The notes beneath the pieces were generated by a model. That model ran no database searches, was not told the origin of the DNA, and was given only the letters and a program-made list of their open reading frames with translations. A stretch of DNA of 64,000 nt, from NCBI GenBank assembly GCA_951406725.2, contig OX597815.1:166470001-166534000 (forward strand). Direction: 5' to 3'. The DNA comes from Octopus vulgaris (lineage: Eukaryota). The translations under genes were made by a program, and so were the position numbers. Every line of letters begins with the position of its first letter. Position 1 is the first letter of the stretch. Shown here in pieces: positions 39,335 to 56,248 of the stretch.

Positions 39335-39520
39335 TCGGCGATTTTTTTTCCTCCGTCTGCCCTTCTCTGGATCTTTCCTTTTCCTATGTTTCCAACGAAG
39401 AGCTCCGCTCGAAACGTTAAACCCTCCTTCTTCCCTTTCTTCCTGAGCGGCCAATAATACTATATTCGCTCCACGCCCTCTCGTTGTTGTGTTTTCATGT
39501 TTGGATTAACTATATATATA
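39335..39520 (+). mobile_element. Penelope-like terminal repeat, copy 1
   Basis: Homologous in reverse complement to 54920-55108; contains a minimal hammerhead and ends in TTTGGATTAAC(TA)n. Confidence 0.6.
39388..39422 (+). ncRNA. Degenerate minimal hammerhead motif (Penelope-type)
   Basis: GTTT-CCAACGA-A-GAGC TCC GCTC-GAAACGTT-AAAC; the core differs from CUGANGA at two positions. Confidence 0.5.
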
Positions 39521-40500
39521 TATGCATGTATGTGTATACACACACACACACTAATATCGACAATGAAGGAATAACTTGTTGCCCTTGACTCTCTCTTATG
39601 CCAAAGTTGACTACATCTTTCCCCCTTGTAGGGTCACTAAATCAAATACCAGAGAAAGCACTAAGTCCCGTAAAGTCGACTAAATATCATTGAAGGCCTT
39701 GCCGCTTATGAAGTAATTAAATAAAAAATAAATAAATGCGGAAGGGATTAAGTTAGATATACGTGCTGGAGTTATCTGCCGCTGTTAAAAATGTTAAAAA
39801 GGAAAAGTGAACTGATTTACAATGCTTCTCGTCTTAAACAGCCGAAGATGAGATATTTACCTGCCATAATTCAGAATACTAGAAAGCTTAAGTGAAGGTG
39901 CGTCACCTAGTGGTTTGAGAGGCTGTTCATTTTCTGGACAAGATGTTGCGTTGTGATCTTGAGCAAGGCACTTTATTTTTATATTGTCCCAGTTTACTCA
40001 GATGCAAGTGAGTACCAATCGAGTACTGGCTCAGCCCTCTATGCTTCCAGGTGTTAGTTATATCTTGGATTTTCAGCTGGGTTAATTGTGAGGAAACTGA
40101 GTGAGTGACTATTTATAACAATTAGCCAAAGCATGCTACTTGCTCCCAATTAACGGTTGGCTATAATTTAACCCTTTAACATTGAGATTACTCTGTCAAA
40201 TTATTCGTTCACATTGTCTTGAATTGATCCTGCATTATCTCGTAGCTTCCAGATTTCGATGATGTGACTTTATTTTCAGAATCGTATTGTATAGATGGTG
40301 TGAGTGGCCGAATCTGGGCAGTTTGAACGTAAAACAAGTTGAATAATATTTGGGCCGGATATGATAAATGGTTTAAAGAATCTGATGATAGCATTTCTCT
40401 TTCGTTTATCGACACTCAATGTTATAATGTTGTAATAGGGCTTCACACGATACGTTATTAAGGCGAGGGAGAGCCTATGGTTATTAGTCCATTGTCTAAA

Positions 40501-40683
40501 GGCGGCGAGCTGGCAGAAACGTTAGCACGCCGGGCGAAATGCTTTGTGGTATTTCGTCTGCCGCTGCGTTCTGAGTTCAAATTCCGCCGAGGTCGACTTT
40601 GCCTTTCATCCTTTCGGGGTCGATAAATTAAGTACCTTGTTTGTCCCCTCTATGTTTAGCCCCTTGTGGGCAATACAGAAATA
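40501..40683 (+). mobile_element. SINE family A with internal deletion
   Basis: Intact head and central domain; jumps from AAGTACC to TTGTTTGTCCCC. Confidence 0.88.
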
Positions 40684-41628
40684 AGAATCGTTACCGCACC
40701 GAGTAAAATACTTTGTGGCCTTTTGCGAAGGAATCCACTCCGTTATAAGTATTCAAGATATATCTCCAGTTCGAAGATATCTTCCTCACTCTTTCTCATC
40801 AGTCTCAGAGGAGCTGTAAAGGTCCATGGTCATTGCCTTTCCCTCCTGTTTCTCACTTCGAAGATCACCTGACTAATTGAGCTAAATTTGCCAGCCATTC
40901 CTTTACTTTTCGTCCTTGACCTTCGCTTCTTGATGCAGGTTGGTTTCGTGCCCCATTGACTTAAGACTACCGGATCACTCATTCCAATTGTCGCTCGTTC
41001 TCTTGTCACCAATACTGTTACTCTTTCCCCGGCTTTGCACTAACCACAGCACTCAGTCCTTTGTTCATGGGAGGTCAACCCACCGAAACTCTTTTCTTGC
41101 TCATGTTTTTCGTGCAGCCTTCATCAATTGGCCATGGTTCAAGAAGGACATTAGCCTCATTACTCTCACCAATCGCTGCTGATCTTCGAAAGGCTATGAG
41201 CACAGTTGTTTCTTTCTTTCTTTCCTTTTTTTTTCGTGAAAGTGGTGTAAGTACAGGTGTGGCTGTATGGTTAAGGTTTCTTTTCAACCACGTAGTCTTG
41301 GGTTCAGACCTATTGTGTAGCAGCCTGGGCAAGCGTTTTCTACTATAGCCCCATGCCGACTGAAGCGTTGTGAGTAGATTTGGGTATGTTCTTATGTTTG
41401 TGTCTGTCTCCCATCGTCTCATAACAACCAGTTTTTGGTTTGTTCACACGTAACTGAAGCACTTCGACAACAATAAAATAAGTAACAAACTTCTACAAAA
41501 TAGCTACTGGGGTTGATTTGTTCGACCAGTCAAAGTGGTGTCCTGTAAGGCCACTGCCCAATGACAAAACCGAATGCTTGCCTGAATCAGTGACGACTCC
41601 GCTAATAGCATTATATTTATATATATAT

Positions 41629-41859
41629 ATTTCTTTACTACCCACAAGGGGCTAAACACAGAGGGGACAAACAAGGACAGACAAACGGATTAAGTCGATT
41701 ACATCGATCCCAGTGCGTAACTGGTACTTAATTTATCGACCCCGAAAGGATGAAAGGCAAAGTCGACCTCGACGGAATTTGAACTCATAACGTAACGGCA
41801 GACGAAATACGGCTACGCATTTCGCCCGGCGTGCTAACGTTTCTGCCAGCTCGCCGCCT
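41629..41859 (-). mobile_element. SINE family A, full-length monomer
   Basis: High identity to 2832-3063. Confidence 0.9.
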
Positions 41860-41868
41860 TTCAAGAAT

Positions 41869-41909
<41 letters not shown>

Positions 41910-41911
41910 AT

Positions 41912-42487
41912 GCAGGCGTGGCTGTGTGGTAAGAAGCTTGCTTTCCAACCACATGGTTACGGGTTCAGTCCCACTGCGTGGCACCTTGGCCAAGCGGCTT
42001 CTACTGTAGCCTCGGGCCGAAATAATGTGTGTATATACATCCTTAGTGCGTGTCTTTGTGTCTGTTTGTCTCCCCCACCCCAATCCGTATTGTTGTTATG
42101 TCCCCCGTAATCTTGCGGTTCGGCAAAAAGATACCGATAGAACAAGTACAAGGCTGAAAACAGAAAAGTCCTGGGGTGCTCCAGCATGACTGAAACAACT
42201 AAAAGAATGGGCAGGTGTCTTCTACTATGGCCTTTGTGAGTCGATTTGGTGGACGGAAGCTGAGGGAGACCCGTCGTATATATCAGTGCTTTTCAAACTT
42301 TTTGCTGGAGCGGAACCCCAAGGAAACATTCCACTGACTCGAGGAACCCCTGTGCAATAATTTGATAGTCTTATGCACACATATCTGCACAGGAGAATTA
42401 AAAATTACTGCCGATTTTAGCAGTTTTGTAACTTCTTGCGGAACCCCTGGACTGTACTGGCGGAACCCTGGTTGAAAACCACTGGTA

Positions 42488-42530
<43 letters not shown>

Positions 42531-42762
42531 GTGCGTATATGTTTGTGTGTCTGTGTTTCTTCCCCACCCCCAGCATTGCTTGACAGCCGATGCGGGTGTG
42601 TTTACGTCACCGTAACTTAGGGGTTCGGCAAGAGAGACTGATAGAGTAAGTGCTAGGCTTGCAAAGAATAAGTCCTGGGGTCGATTTGCTCGACTTAAAG
42701 GCGGTGCTCCAGCTTGGCTACAGTCAAATGACTGAGACAAGCAAAAGAGTAAAAGAGTAAAA
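41912..42762 (+). mobile_element. Two adjacent family B SINEs, the second interrupted by a hAT MITE
   Basis: Head at 41912; 3' modules at ~42060-42207 and ~42545-42762. Confidence 0.8.
42284..42484. mobile_element. hAT (Charlie-like) MITE
   Basis: TIRs CAGTGCTTTTCAA / TTGAAAACCACTG, subterminal GGAACCCC repeats, perfect 8-bp TSD GTATATAT. Confidence 0.92.
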
Positions 42763-43113
42763 GGTCTAAATTCATTCACAATATGTTTTTACTTCTCGGT
42801 TCCCTAGTTCACAGCAATTTTGGGTGCGGCTTGCCGCTAAGTTAGAACAACCAAACATAATTTTTCATTTCCATGGAAATTATATATATATAAAATATTA
42901 GAACAGTTTTTGGCGATTAAAAAAATTTTTTTTTTCTTTTATGTAGTTTCTTACATGGCATTGTCTGCTGGCACACAGAAAATAATCAGGATAGCAGAGG
43001 TCAGTTAGTTACTAATTCAACTAAATACCAGTTAGCGGCATCCTGTTCAAATTCTTCAGTCTGTCAAGCGGGGGAGGAATTAATTAATCAACAGCGGGTA
43101 GTTTCGTGTGAAT

Positions 43114-43149
<36 letters not shown>

Positions 43150-44294
43150 ATGGTGGTAATGGTGATGTTTTTTTTTTTTTTTGTTTTCTTCCTTGCTTCC
43201 TTCCTACTTTTTATTCGTTTTTTCTTCCTAGCTTCCTCCTGTCTCTGTCTGTCTGTCTGTATGTCTCTCTCTCTCTCTCTCTCTCCCCCCTCCTTCTCTC
43301 TAGCAGACTTCAAATTGTTCTTCCCAAATACCTTCTCAATGACTGTAACCAGAATAAAATGACACACAAAATACAGTAACAAAAATAATTAGATAAATAA
43401 AGTGCAACACGCTAATGATGATATGTTGCTGCTGCCGCTGCTACTGCTGCTGCTACTACTACTGCTGCTGCTGCTGATGATGATGATGATGATTAGGAAA
43501 AAGGAAACCTCTAAAATATTTTAAATTTTATTTAAAAAAAAAAAATCTAGGTGCAGGTGCGGTTGTGTGGTAAGAAGCTTGCTTACGACTCACATGGTTC
43601 TGAGTTCAGTCCCACTGCATGGCACCTTGGGCAAGTGTCTTCTACTATATCCCCGGGCCGACCAAAGCCTTGTGAGTGGATTTAATTGACGAAAATTGAA
43701 GGAAGCCGCTCTCTCTCCCCCCTTTCCCCCTCCCCTATCTCTATATGTGCGCGTGTGCTGTGTATGTATACGTCGTATACATAATATATGTACCTGTTTG
43801 TTCCATCACCGCTTGACAACCGTAGTTGGTTTGTTTACGTCCCTGTAAAAAAAAAAAAAAACGGAATGAAAGAAAAGTACTAGAGTCGATTTGTTCAAAC
43901 TAAAACCCTTTAAGGCCTTCGACTAAAACCCTTTAGGCCTTCGACTAAGCCCTCCAGCATAACCTCAGTTCAATGACTGAAAAAAAATGTAAAAATAATT
44001 AAATAAATAATAATGAAATAAATGAATAAAAGAACGATCTAATTTGGCTACTAAAACAATTAAAAGCTGAAAATAGTTTTGAGCGGGTAACTTTTAGAGA
44101 ATGATGAAGAGTTAGGTAAAAGGACGGGGTGGGCGGTTGGGGGTTTACCTAGGGACGGGGATGTCGGTGGTGCCGCCGGTAGGTGGGTGGTGAATAATTC
44201 TGAAATAGTATTAATAGTGCTTGCCCTACTATTCAAATGCTCCACCAACTCACAGCAATATATATATTTATATGTATATATATATATATACTCT

Positions 44295-44645
44295 TTACTC
44301 TTTTACTCTTTTACTTGTTTCAGTCATTTTGACTGCGGCCATGCTGGAGCACCACCTTTTAGTACTTATTCTATCGGTCTCTTTTTGCCGAACCGCTAAG
44401 TGACGGGGACCTAAACACACCAGCATCGGTTGTCAAGCAATGCTAGGGGGACAAACACAGACACATATATATACATATATACGACAGGCTTCTTTCAGTT
44501 TCCGTCTACCAAATCCACTCACAAGGCATTGGTCGGCCCGGGGCTATAGCAGAAGACACTTGCCCAAGATGCCACGCAGTGGGACCGAACCCGCAACCGT
44601 GTGGTTGGTTAGCAAGCTACTTACCACACAGCCACTCCTGCGCCT
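44295..44645 (-). mobile_element. SINE family B, full-length
   Basis: (CTCTTTTA)n tail through to head ...ACCACACAGCCACTCCTGCGCC. Confidence 0.9.
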
Positions 44646-44772
44646 AGCCGAAATTACTACGATGATCCGGTTCTTGACTGAAGACTGAGGGTTTCGAATG
44701 TCCTGTCCGTGTTTATTGTATCGTCTTCTAAGAGTTATACGTTCTTGTCCATGTTGTATTTTTCTACATACC

Positions 44773-44818
<46 letters not shown>

Positions 44819-44877
44819 CCCTTTTTGTATCATCTAGTTGTCCGGATGTTTTGCGTTCTTGTCCCATTTTGTATCTT

Positions 44878-44903
<26 letters not shown>

Positions 44904-44908
<5 letters not shown>

Positions 44909-45290
44909 ATATATAAACGGCAGTTTGTCTGTGCGTGTTTCTGTGTGTCTGTTTTCTCGTACCCTCACCCTGACCAAGGCTTTCAACCGATTCTGATGAA
45001 ACTTGACACACACATAGCCCAATGTCATAATTCAAAACTAACGCAGCGAAAATTTTGAAAAGTTAACCCCAGTTCTGAAAAAAATCGATAAATTCGACAT
45101 GGGGTCGAGAATCAAAAAAAACAAACCACGGACTGTCTAGGGGACGCAACTCAACCTTTTTTTACTCTCAAAAAAAAATTTACCATAATTTTTTTTTCCA
45201 TTTTTTTGCTATTTTTTGGCTATAACTCTCTAAAAATGCTTTATAGTTATTTCCCTTACAAACCTGAGCAACGCCGGGCGATACTGCTAG
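44904..45290 (+). mobile_element. Non-autonomous Helitron
   Basis: 5' TC start, 3' GC-rich hairpin CCTGAGCAACGCCGGG then CTAG; inserted between A and T within (TA)n. Confidence 0.85.
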
Positions 45291-45363
<73 letters not shown>

Positions 45364-45849
45364 TCACACACATATACATATATATATATATATTCACACA
45401 CATATACATATATATATATATATATTCACACACACACACACACATATACATATATATATATATATATATATACTTTATTACTCTACCTCTGGTATTTGAG
45501 TACTCTTTTCCCCACCTTTATGTGTTTAGTCCGGTATATATATATATTTTTTTTTTTTTCACACACACACACACACACACATATATATAATCGAAAATAA
45601 AACTAAAAACTATAAGTGGCGCGCGCACACATTATTAGCCATTTGAAAAGACTATGAAAGTCTCGACCACGGTCGAACAATGATGATGATGATAACAAAT
45701 AAACAAACGAAAAAAAAAAAATGATTTTCCCTTCCCCCGCAAATGTTTTCTTAAAGAAATGTTATTTTAGAGTTTAGAGACTTTAGTTTCGGGGGCTCTT
45801 TAATTATTAGCCATCAACAATTTACGGCAAACTTGCAAACACTTCCAAT

Positions 45850-46102
45850 AATGTTGATGGTGGTGGCGATGGTGGTGGTGATGGTGATGGTGATGGTTGT
45901 GATGTTGATAATAGCGATGATGGTGATGGTCGTTGCGATGAAAGTGATGATGGAGGCATGGTATGGTGATGGTGATGGTGGTTTTGTTAGCGGTGGAGAT
46001 AGCAATGAAAACGATGGGTGGCGGTGGTGTAAAATGATGAGTGCGATGGTGGTGAAGATGAAGGTGGTAATGATGATGATGCTGCTGATGATGATGATGG
46101 TG
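45850..46102. repeat. Degenerate (GAT/GGT)n low-complexity tract
   Basis: Seen directly. Confidence 0.85.
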
Positions 46103-46350
46103 AGTGCTGGAATTTTTAAAATTTTATTCACATTTTTATACCACCCACCCGCGCCCCCACCCACCTACAAAACCTATTTTGCTTTGTTCTTAAATTTTTG
46201 CTTAACCAGTGGACAGAAGGTGGGGGAGGAGAACGAAAATTAATAAGAAAGAATTAATGAAAAAATTAAGTATAGAAAAAGATAATGGCGTGTGAAGAAA
46301 ATGGCTTCTTCCTCATTCCTTTTCACGTGTAAAATATCTCTTTCATAGAA

Positions 46351-46394
<44 letters not shown>

Positions 46395-47857
46395 ATACAC
46401 GTTGTTTTTGTGTATGTTTATATATTATGTATATGTACGTATGTAAAGAATGTACGTGTATATTGGTGTGATTCATGCATTTATAACGCGACACGCCCTA
46501 CGTTAAATTGATAGGCTTTCAGACTGAGTGGGAGTAAGTGGAATAGCGGGAGGGGGCTAGAAAAGTGAGAGAGAAAGATAAAGAGTACGCGAGGGAGTGA
46601 GTGAGAGAAACCCACACACATATATATATATACATACGTACATACAAGCAAAGGATACATGCATACATACACACAAGATAAAAAAATACAAGCGTTGGAA
46701 TTGCGGTAGAGGGAAGCAGTGTGTCGAGTGTTATCTTAGAGAGATAGGCAGAGACGAAAGAGGAGAGAGAGAGAGAGAGTGAAAGAAGAGAAGTAGAGGA
46801 GAAATAGAGAGAGTGAGTGAGAAATAGGGAGAGGAAAGAGATGTGGTGGGAGTAAAAAAAGAGAGAGAAAATAAACTAGGAGGAAGTGGAAGAAAGGAAA
46901 CAGAAAGAAAAAAAATGTTGGTGGTGGTAGTGGTGTTGTAAGCGGAGCAGGAAGAGGAAGGTTGTAATGAGAAGGTAAAATGTGTGTATATTATGTGTGT
47001 GCGTGTGTGTGTATGTGTATGTGTGTGCTCACACACACAGTAACGCGCAAGTGCTCACATGCATACATAAAAACGCGCGCGTGCACACACACACACACAC
47101 ACAGACGTAGATGCATGTGTGTGTGTGTATATATGTATATTTATATATATGTCAGATTTTTGAAAAGAAGGGGGAGCGTAATAATGTAATAGTAAGCCGA
47201 ATGAAAGGAGGAGGCAACGGCGACGGCGGAGGAGAGAACGCAGGAGGAGAAGGAAGAGAAGAATTAATGCTAATGCGGAGGTGGAGGATTATATGAGTGA
47301 ACGTGTGTGTGAGTGAGTGAGTTAGTAAGTAAGTAGAGGAGGAGTAGGAGTTTGAAGAGGAGCAGGGGGAAGAAGGGAGGATGAGGAGGAGGAATAAGAG
47401 AAGGCGAGCGAAAGGAGAAAGAAGCGGCGGTTGGCAGATAGACAGAGCTTAGCAAGGCAAGAGACACATTTTTACGTTTCATTCAAGCTTACATACACAA
47501 GATTTCAGAGAAAGGCAAAGCAGAGAGTGGGGCAAACTTTACTGTTTTGTTGGGCTACCATTATCGCTACACTTTCTTTCTTTCTTTTCCTTCTTCTCTA
47601 TCGCATACGCACATACATACTCACACACACACACACACATCAAATTCTCTCTCCGTATATCTGTTTTTTTTCTTCCCCACTCTTTGTAAACTTTTTCTAA
47701 CACACACGCAACATTTCCTATCTCACAATCTCTCTCTCTTTCTCACACGCACACACATTCATTGACTTGTTTCAATCAATAAGGCTGCGGCCATGCCAAG
47801 GCACCGCCTTGCAAGGTTATTTTGTTTTACTTCCTTTAGTCGATCCAATCGCCCCAA

Positions 47858-47882
47858 ATCTATCTGTCTGTCTAAATATTTG

Positions 47883-47937
<55 letters not shown>

Positions 47938-47954
47938 GTCTGTCTAAATATCTG

Positions 47955-48001
<47 letters not shown>

Positions 48002-48018
48002 GTCTGTCTAAATATCTG

Positions 48019-48053
<35 letters not shown>

Positions 48054-48126
48054 GTCTGTCTAAATATCTGTCTATCTATCTGTCTGTCTATCTATCTATC
48101 TATCTATCTGTCTGTCTAAATATCTG

Positions 48127-48157
<31 letters not shown>

Positions 48158-48470
48158 GTCTGTCTAAATATCTGTCTATCTATCTATCTATCTGTCTGTC
48201 TAAATATCTGTCTATCTATATATCTGTCTGTCTAAATATCTGTCTATCTATCTATCTATCTATCTGTCTGTCTAAATATCTGTCTATCTATCTATCTGTC
48301 TGTCTAAATATCTGTCTATCTATCTATCTATCTGTCTGTCTAAATATCTGTCTATCTATCTGTCTATCTATATCTGTCTGTCTAAATATCTGTCTATCTA
48401 TCTATCTGTCTATCTATATCTGTCTATCTATATCTATTTGTCTATCTATCTATCTATCTATCTATCTATG
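47858..48470. repeat. Compound (TCTA)n satellite with recurring TCTGTCTGTCTAAATA unit
   Basis: Seen directly. Confidence 0.9.
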
Positions 48471-48993
48471 TTGCTTACTAAACAACTAAATCGCAGTGTC
48501 GTAAGTAAACGCACACCGGTTGTCAAGCGACCGAAAGGCAGGCAAACATGCATACACGCATACTTATAAGCATGAATATACTACAGGTTTCCGCACAGTT
48601 TCCTTCTAATCCAAATCACTGTCAAGGCATTGGCCGACTTGCATATATATATATATATATCATATATATATATATATATATATATATAGATGTTCACATA
48701 TACATTTACACACATATATAATCTCAAAAGAAATGAAATTTTTTGTTGTCTCTTATAATCTTGTCTTTTTTTTCATTATCTAATTATTCATAATGTGGGA
48801 CTTGTTGGAGACGAGTTTAATGCGTATGTATGTGTGTATTTAGCTTATCGTTTATGTCATCGCCATACTTTCTCCATGCCTTTCTGTGTTAATTATTTTC
48901 TTAACACGTAGTGTTTGTGTAAGGGTGTATATATAAGGGTGTGAATGTGAGCGTGTGTTTATTAGTAAGTATGTGTGCGAGCGTGTATGTATG

Positions 48994-49031
<38 letters not shown>

Positions 49032-49059
49032 TGTATGTGTCTGTGAGAGTACACATGAG

Positions 49060-49232
49060 TATATGGATAATCTGTCTGTGTCAGTGTATATATATATATA
49101 TGTATGTGTCTGTATATATGGATGTCTCTGCGTTAGCGTATATATCAGTGTATATATATATATATACATGTGCCTCTGCGTAAGGGTATATATCAGTGTA
49201 TATGGATGTGTCTGCGTTAGCGAATTTATCAG

Positions 49233-49279
<47 letters not shown>

Positions 49280-49501
49280 ATATATGGATGTCTCTCTGCG
49301 TTAATGTATATATCAGTATATATATGGATGTCTGTGCGTTAGCGTATATTCAGTGTATATATGGATGTGTATCTGCGTTAGCGTATATATATATATATAT
49401 ATATATATCGGTGTGTGTATAAACTATATGTGGATATATGAATGTGTCCATGCGTTGGCGTATATATCAGAGTATGAATATATTAATCTGTCTGTGCGTT
49501 C

Positions 49502-49535
<34 letters not shown>
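49060..49535. repeat. Degenerate minisatellite (ATATGGATGTCTCTGCGTTAGCGTATATATCAGTGT-like)
   Basis: Motif recurs several times between (TA)n runs. Confidence 0.8.
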
Positions 49536-49536
<1 letters not shown>

Positions 49537-49856
49537 TATGTGTGTGTTAGAGTGATAGAGAGAGAATTACCCGAGATAACAAATCACTGAAACGGGATGA
49601 CAAAAAGTTTTCACTCAAGCATTGTGGTTGCTGCTGTTGTTGTTGTTGTTTGTTCAATGAAACTTAAGTTCTGCTGGTTTTTTTCTGTCCCCACCCTCAT
49701 CGACACTCAATCTCTCTCTCTTCCTCGTGACTATGTGGGTGTGTTTCATGACCGGGTCTCGAAATAATCCAACTCATACTGGGCTTTCCATTCCATCACA
49801 CAGTTTATTATTTATTTTTTTATAAAGGTCATTCGGAGTCACAGGAACTTGTTTTC

Positions 49857-49914
<58 letters not shown>

Positions 49915-50070
49915 GGGCGGCGACTTGGTAGAATCATAATTAACACGTCGGACAAAATGCTTAGCGGCATTCTTTCATTGTTTCGGGCGGCGAGAACTTA
50001 AGTACCAGTGAAATACTGGTGTCGATTCCTCCCCCACAAAGTTTCAGGCTTTGTACCTTTAGTAGAAAGG

Positions 50071-50106
<36 letters not shown>

Positions 50107-50327
50107 GGTGAGCTAGCTAGGGCAGCGAACTGGCAGAATCGTTAGCACGCTGGACAAAAAATGCTTAGCGGTATTTCGTCTGTCTTCACTTCCAAATTCC
50201 GCCGAGCTCGACTTTGCCTTTCATCCTTTCGGGGTCGATAAATCAAGTACCAGTAAAACACTAGGATCAATGTAATCGACTAGTCCTCTACCCTCAAATT
50301 TCAGGCCTTTTGCCTTTAGTAGAATGG

Positions 50328-50368
<41 letters not shown>

Positions 50369-50508
50369 TTTTTTTTCTTCTTTCAAATTTGCTTCCATTT
50401 CTTGCCGAGTGTCTTCCCGACTCCTAGGGCAAAGAAACTCATAGTATACATTGGTAGGCCATTAAACCAAACTCAATAGTTCGTTCATTTAAAAAAAAAT
50501 TTTTTTAA

Positions 50509-50540
<32 letters not shown>

Positions 50541-50800
50541 CATTATGGCGACGAGCTGACAAAATCGTTAGTACATTGCACGAAATGCTTAACTGCTTTT
50601 CTTCCGGCTCTTTACATATTTTAAGTTCGAATTTCATCGAGGTCAACTTTTTCTTTTATCCTTTGGAAGTGTGTGAGTGTGGGTGGGTTGGGTCGATAAA
50701 GTAAGTACAAGTTGTACGCAGGGATCGACGTAATTGGTTAGCCTCCTCCATGCAAACATTTCAGGCTGTGTTCCTTCTATTGAAAGAATGGTTACTATTA
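49915..50800 (+). mobile_element. Array of three SINE family A variant copies separated by (ATT)n
   Basis: Heads near 49916, 50121 and 50547; (ATT)n tracts precede or follow the copies. Confidence 0.75.
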
Positions 50801-50973
50801 TTGTGAAGAAGGAAGTGCTATTCCCCCACCCCCCGTTAATTTGTGAAAAAGTTGGGTGACAATGACAAAACTGGTTCACGTGAACGAAAAACCTACTCTA
50901 AGCATACGACTGTAGATTAGTGAACAACAAATGGACAAGGGCTCATATTCTATATATAACACGTACGTATAGG

Positions 50974-51028
<55 letters not shown>

Positions 51029-51157
51029 ATACAAAAGCACATCAAAAATTTAAATCCAAAACCAGAAGAGAAAAAGTGGAAAAAAAAGAGAATGAAAAAA
51101 AAAGAAAAAAAAACACAAATTCAACACTAAGAGCGTCAACTGGTCGTACACCATAAT

Positions 51158-51311
51158 GGGATCTTTTCGGTTTGACCGGCAGTTTTTAAAAATAATTTCC
51201 ACGAAACTAAACACTTTTAAACTTCGTATACTGGTAGAATGTGTTTATAAAACATATTTTTCTCTTGGCTTTATTGAGGAAAATTCTATAGTTTGTAAGA
51301 TATTTGTTGTT
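51158..51311 (+). mobile_element. Same TIR element, left part
   Basis: Overlaps in sequence with 5205-5298; an inverted left-end copy lies at 38874-38955. Confidence 0.75.
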
Positions 51312-51819
51312 AAATCTTGATAAATCATGATAAATCTTGGATCTGTGGGACGACTTGAATGGTCTTAAGTTCGAGGTTCTCCTGCATCAAGCGGACTGCA
51401 TCATTGACGTTTTTGTATACTTCGTACACTCTTACATTTCATTTCACTACCTCTTTCTTTCTCCTCATCGTTTACGTAACCGTCCTCACCACCACCGCCT
51501 CAAAATGTGGGCTGTTCTTGTGATGGGCCCCTTTGGCAAATAAATACATCATCATCGTTACTTTTATTATTTTCTTCCGACTGCTACGTTAACTTTTACA
51601 TACATACATGGATGTCGGTACAAAATACGAGTGAATATATCCAAACATATAAATGTCGCTTACAGCTCCTAGTCAAAAAGTTACGTAATTTCATCATATC
51701 AGCCACTCTCTACCTCTCTTCCGTCTCTCAACCAACCTCCCACTATCGTTATTTATTTAATGATAAGCTTCGTAAAATAGACGCTTATGGAACCGGAAAC
51801 AGAAGTCAGTCTTCGCTTT

Positions 51820-51881
<62 letters not shown>

Positions 51882-51969
51882 AAAGAGAAAAAAACGACAT
51901 TATTAATGCAAAATTACACCTAAAATTCCTATGCTCTTTCAAATGTCAATATTAATACGTGTGTGTATG

Positions 51970-52405
51970 TTGGCGAGCTGGCAAGATCGTTAGCAGGCCT
52001 GCAAAACGCTTAGCAGCACTTCGTCCATCTTCTACGTTCCAAGTTCTAATCGCACCGAGGTCGACTTTGTCTTTTATATCTTTTCGGACGGAGGTGGTGG
52101 TGCAAATAGCAGGCCTTGTGCCGAAATCTGAAATTAATATCGATGCCTTTGTGTGTAAACAATAACAACAATAATAATTATTATTACTACTAAAGGCACA
52201 AGACCTGAAATTTTTTTTGGGGGGCGGGGCCAGTTGATTACATTTCCCCACCCCAATACCGGTATTTGACTGGTACTTACTTCATCGACCCCGAAAGGAT
52301 GAAAGACAGAGTCGACCTTAGTGGAATTTGAACTCAGAACGTAAAGACGGACGAAATGCCGATAAGCATTTTGTCCGGCGTGATCACGATTCTATTAGCT
52401 CGCTG
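51970..52405. mobile_element. Tail-to-tail pair of SINE family A variant copies
   Basis: Plus copy ~51970-52140 and minus copy ~52194-52405. Confidence 0.7.
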
Positions 52406-52459
52406 TTGTAATAATACTGATAATAGTAATAAGGATGTATGTAATACATAACTAAAAGT

Positions 52460-54884
<2,425 letters not shown>

Positions 54885-54919
54885 ATAGCGAGTGTTGACT
54901 GAAGAATTAGGACAGCTTA

Positions 54920-55103
54920 ATATATATATATATAGTTAATCCAAACAAGAAAACACAGAAAAAAACACAGCAACGCGAGGACGTGGAACAATTGAAGTAT
55001 TATTTGACGCTCAGGAAAGAAGGGAAGGAGGGTTTAACGTTTCGAGCGGGGCTCTTCGTCGGAAACAAGGAGAAGGAAAGATCCCAAGAAGGGAAGACAG
55101 AGG

Positions 55104-55108
<5 letters not shown>
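54920..55108 (-). mobile_element. Penelope-like terminal repeat, copy 2
   Basis: Reverse complement of 39335-39520, with a minimal hammerhead. Confidence 0.6.
55032..55066 (-). ncRNA. Minimal hammerhead motif (Penelope-type), core variant CCGACGA
   Basis: Minus strand: GTTT-CCGACGA-A-GAGC CCC GCTC-GAAACGTT-AAAC. Confidence 0.55.
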
Positions 55109-55142
<34 letters not shown>

Positions 55143-56206
55143 AGGAGTGGCTGTGTGGTAAGAAGCTTGCTTCCCAACCACATAGTTCCGGGTTCAGTCC
55201 CATTGCGTAGTACCTTTGATGACCTATGACATGAGTACCGGGCTTGAAAAAAAGAAAAAAAAAGCAGTGGGTTCGGGTTGTTCGGCTAAACTCTTCAAGG
55301 CGGTGCCCCAATATGACCGCTGTCCAATGATCAAAACAAGTAAAAGGTATAAGTCAACTCAGAAAACGTAGAACTATATCTAATGGCAAATGTTGAAGAA
55401 ACATTGAGTAACACGTTCCCTAGGAGGCGAACAAACGAATGTGATAAATCGTAAGTTTCCGGATCAAGGAATAAACTTTGTGCGTGTAGGATGTACATTT
55501 TGTCCCATTTTAACACTCATTCTTGATGTGGAGAGTGGACACCCGTTACATGGGCAACCGGTAGTCTTTCATACTGGTTTTGCTAACCAGGCGAAGATAT
55601 ATTAACGCGTTACAGACCGAAGCAAGATTTTTCAAGTGCAGATTCCATAAGGCACATAAGGATGCCAAATCTCTCACTCACTCACGCACACGCACACACA
55701 TACACACACACACAGAGTTTCTACTGCACAAGGACTGAAATTTGCGGGGCTAGGAGCTGGTCCATTACATGGTCCCCAATGCTCAATGGGTACTTATTCG
55801 ATGGAATTTGAACTCAGAACGTAAGAAACCCAGAAGAAATGCCCTAAGAAGGATTTTGGTCGGTGTGTTAACGATTCTGCCAGTCTGCCTCGTGTGTATG
55901 TGTGTGTATGTATGAGATCCATGTACGCCCCCTCACAACCAAGACACATACGGTATTGCGTTCAATCTTTCGATTTAGTATTATTAGAATTGATTGGATA
56001 TTCTCCCAGTTAAATATTCACAATCCAGAGAAGTGAATCCAGGATTTACCTATCGGATAAAATACAGTGGGATTGCTTACCTTAAGTAATTCTAGGTTTT
56101 CATTACAAACCCGATGGAGTTAGCTTTTTGCTTGGATTATAACGATGTGCTAAGGACTTGAATGGTACCCGTCTAGATATTTTATCTATCTATCTATCTA
56201 TCTATA

Positions 56207-56248
<42 letters not shown>

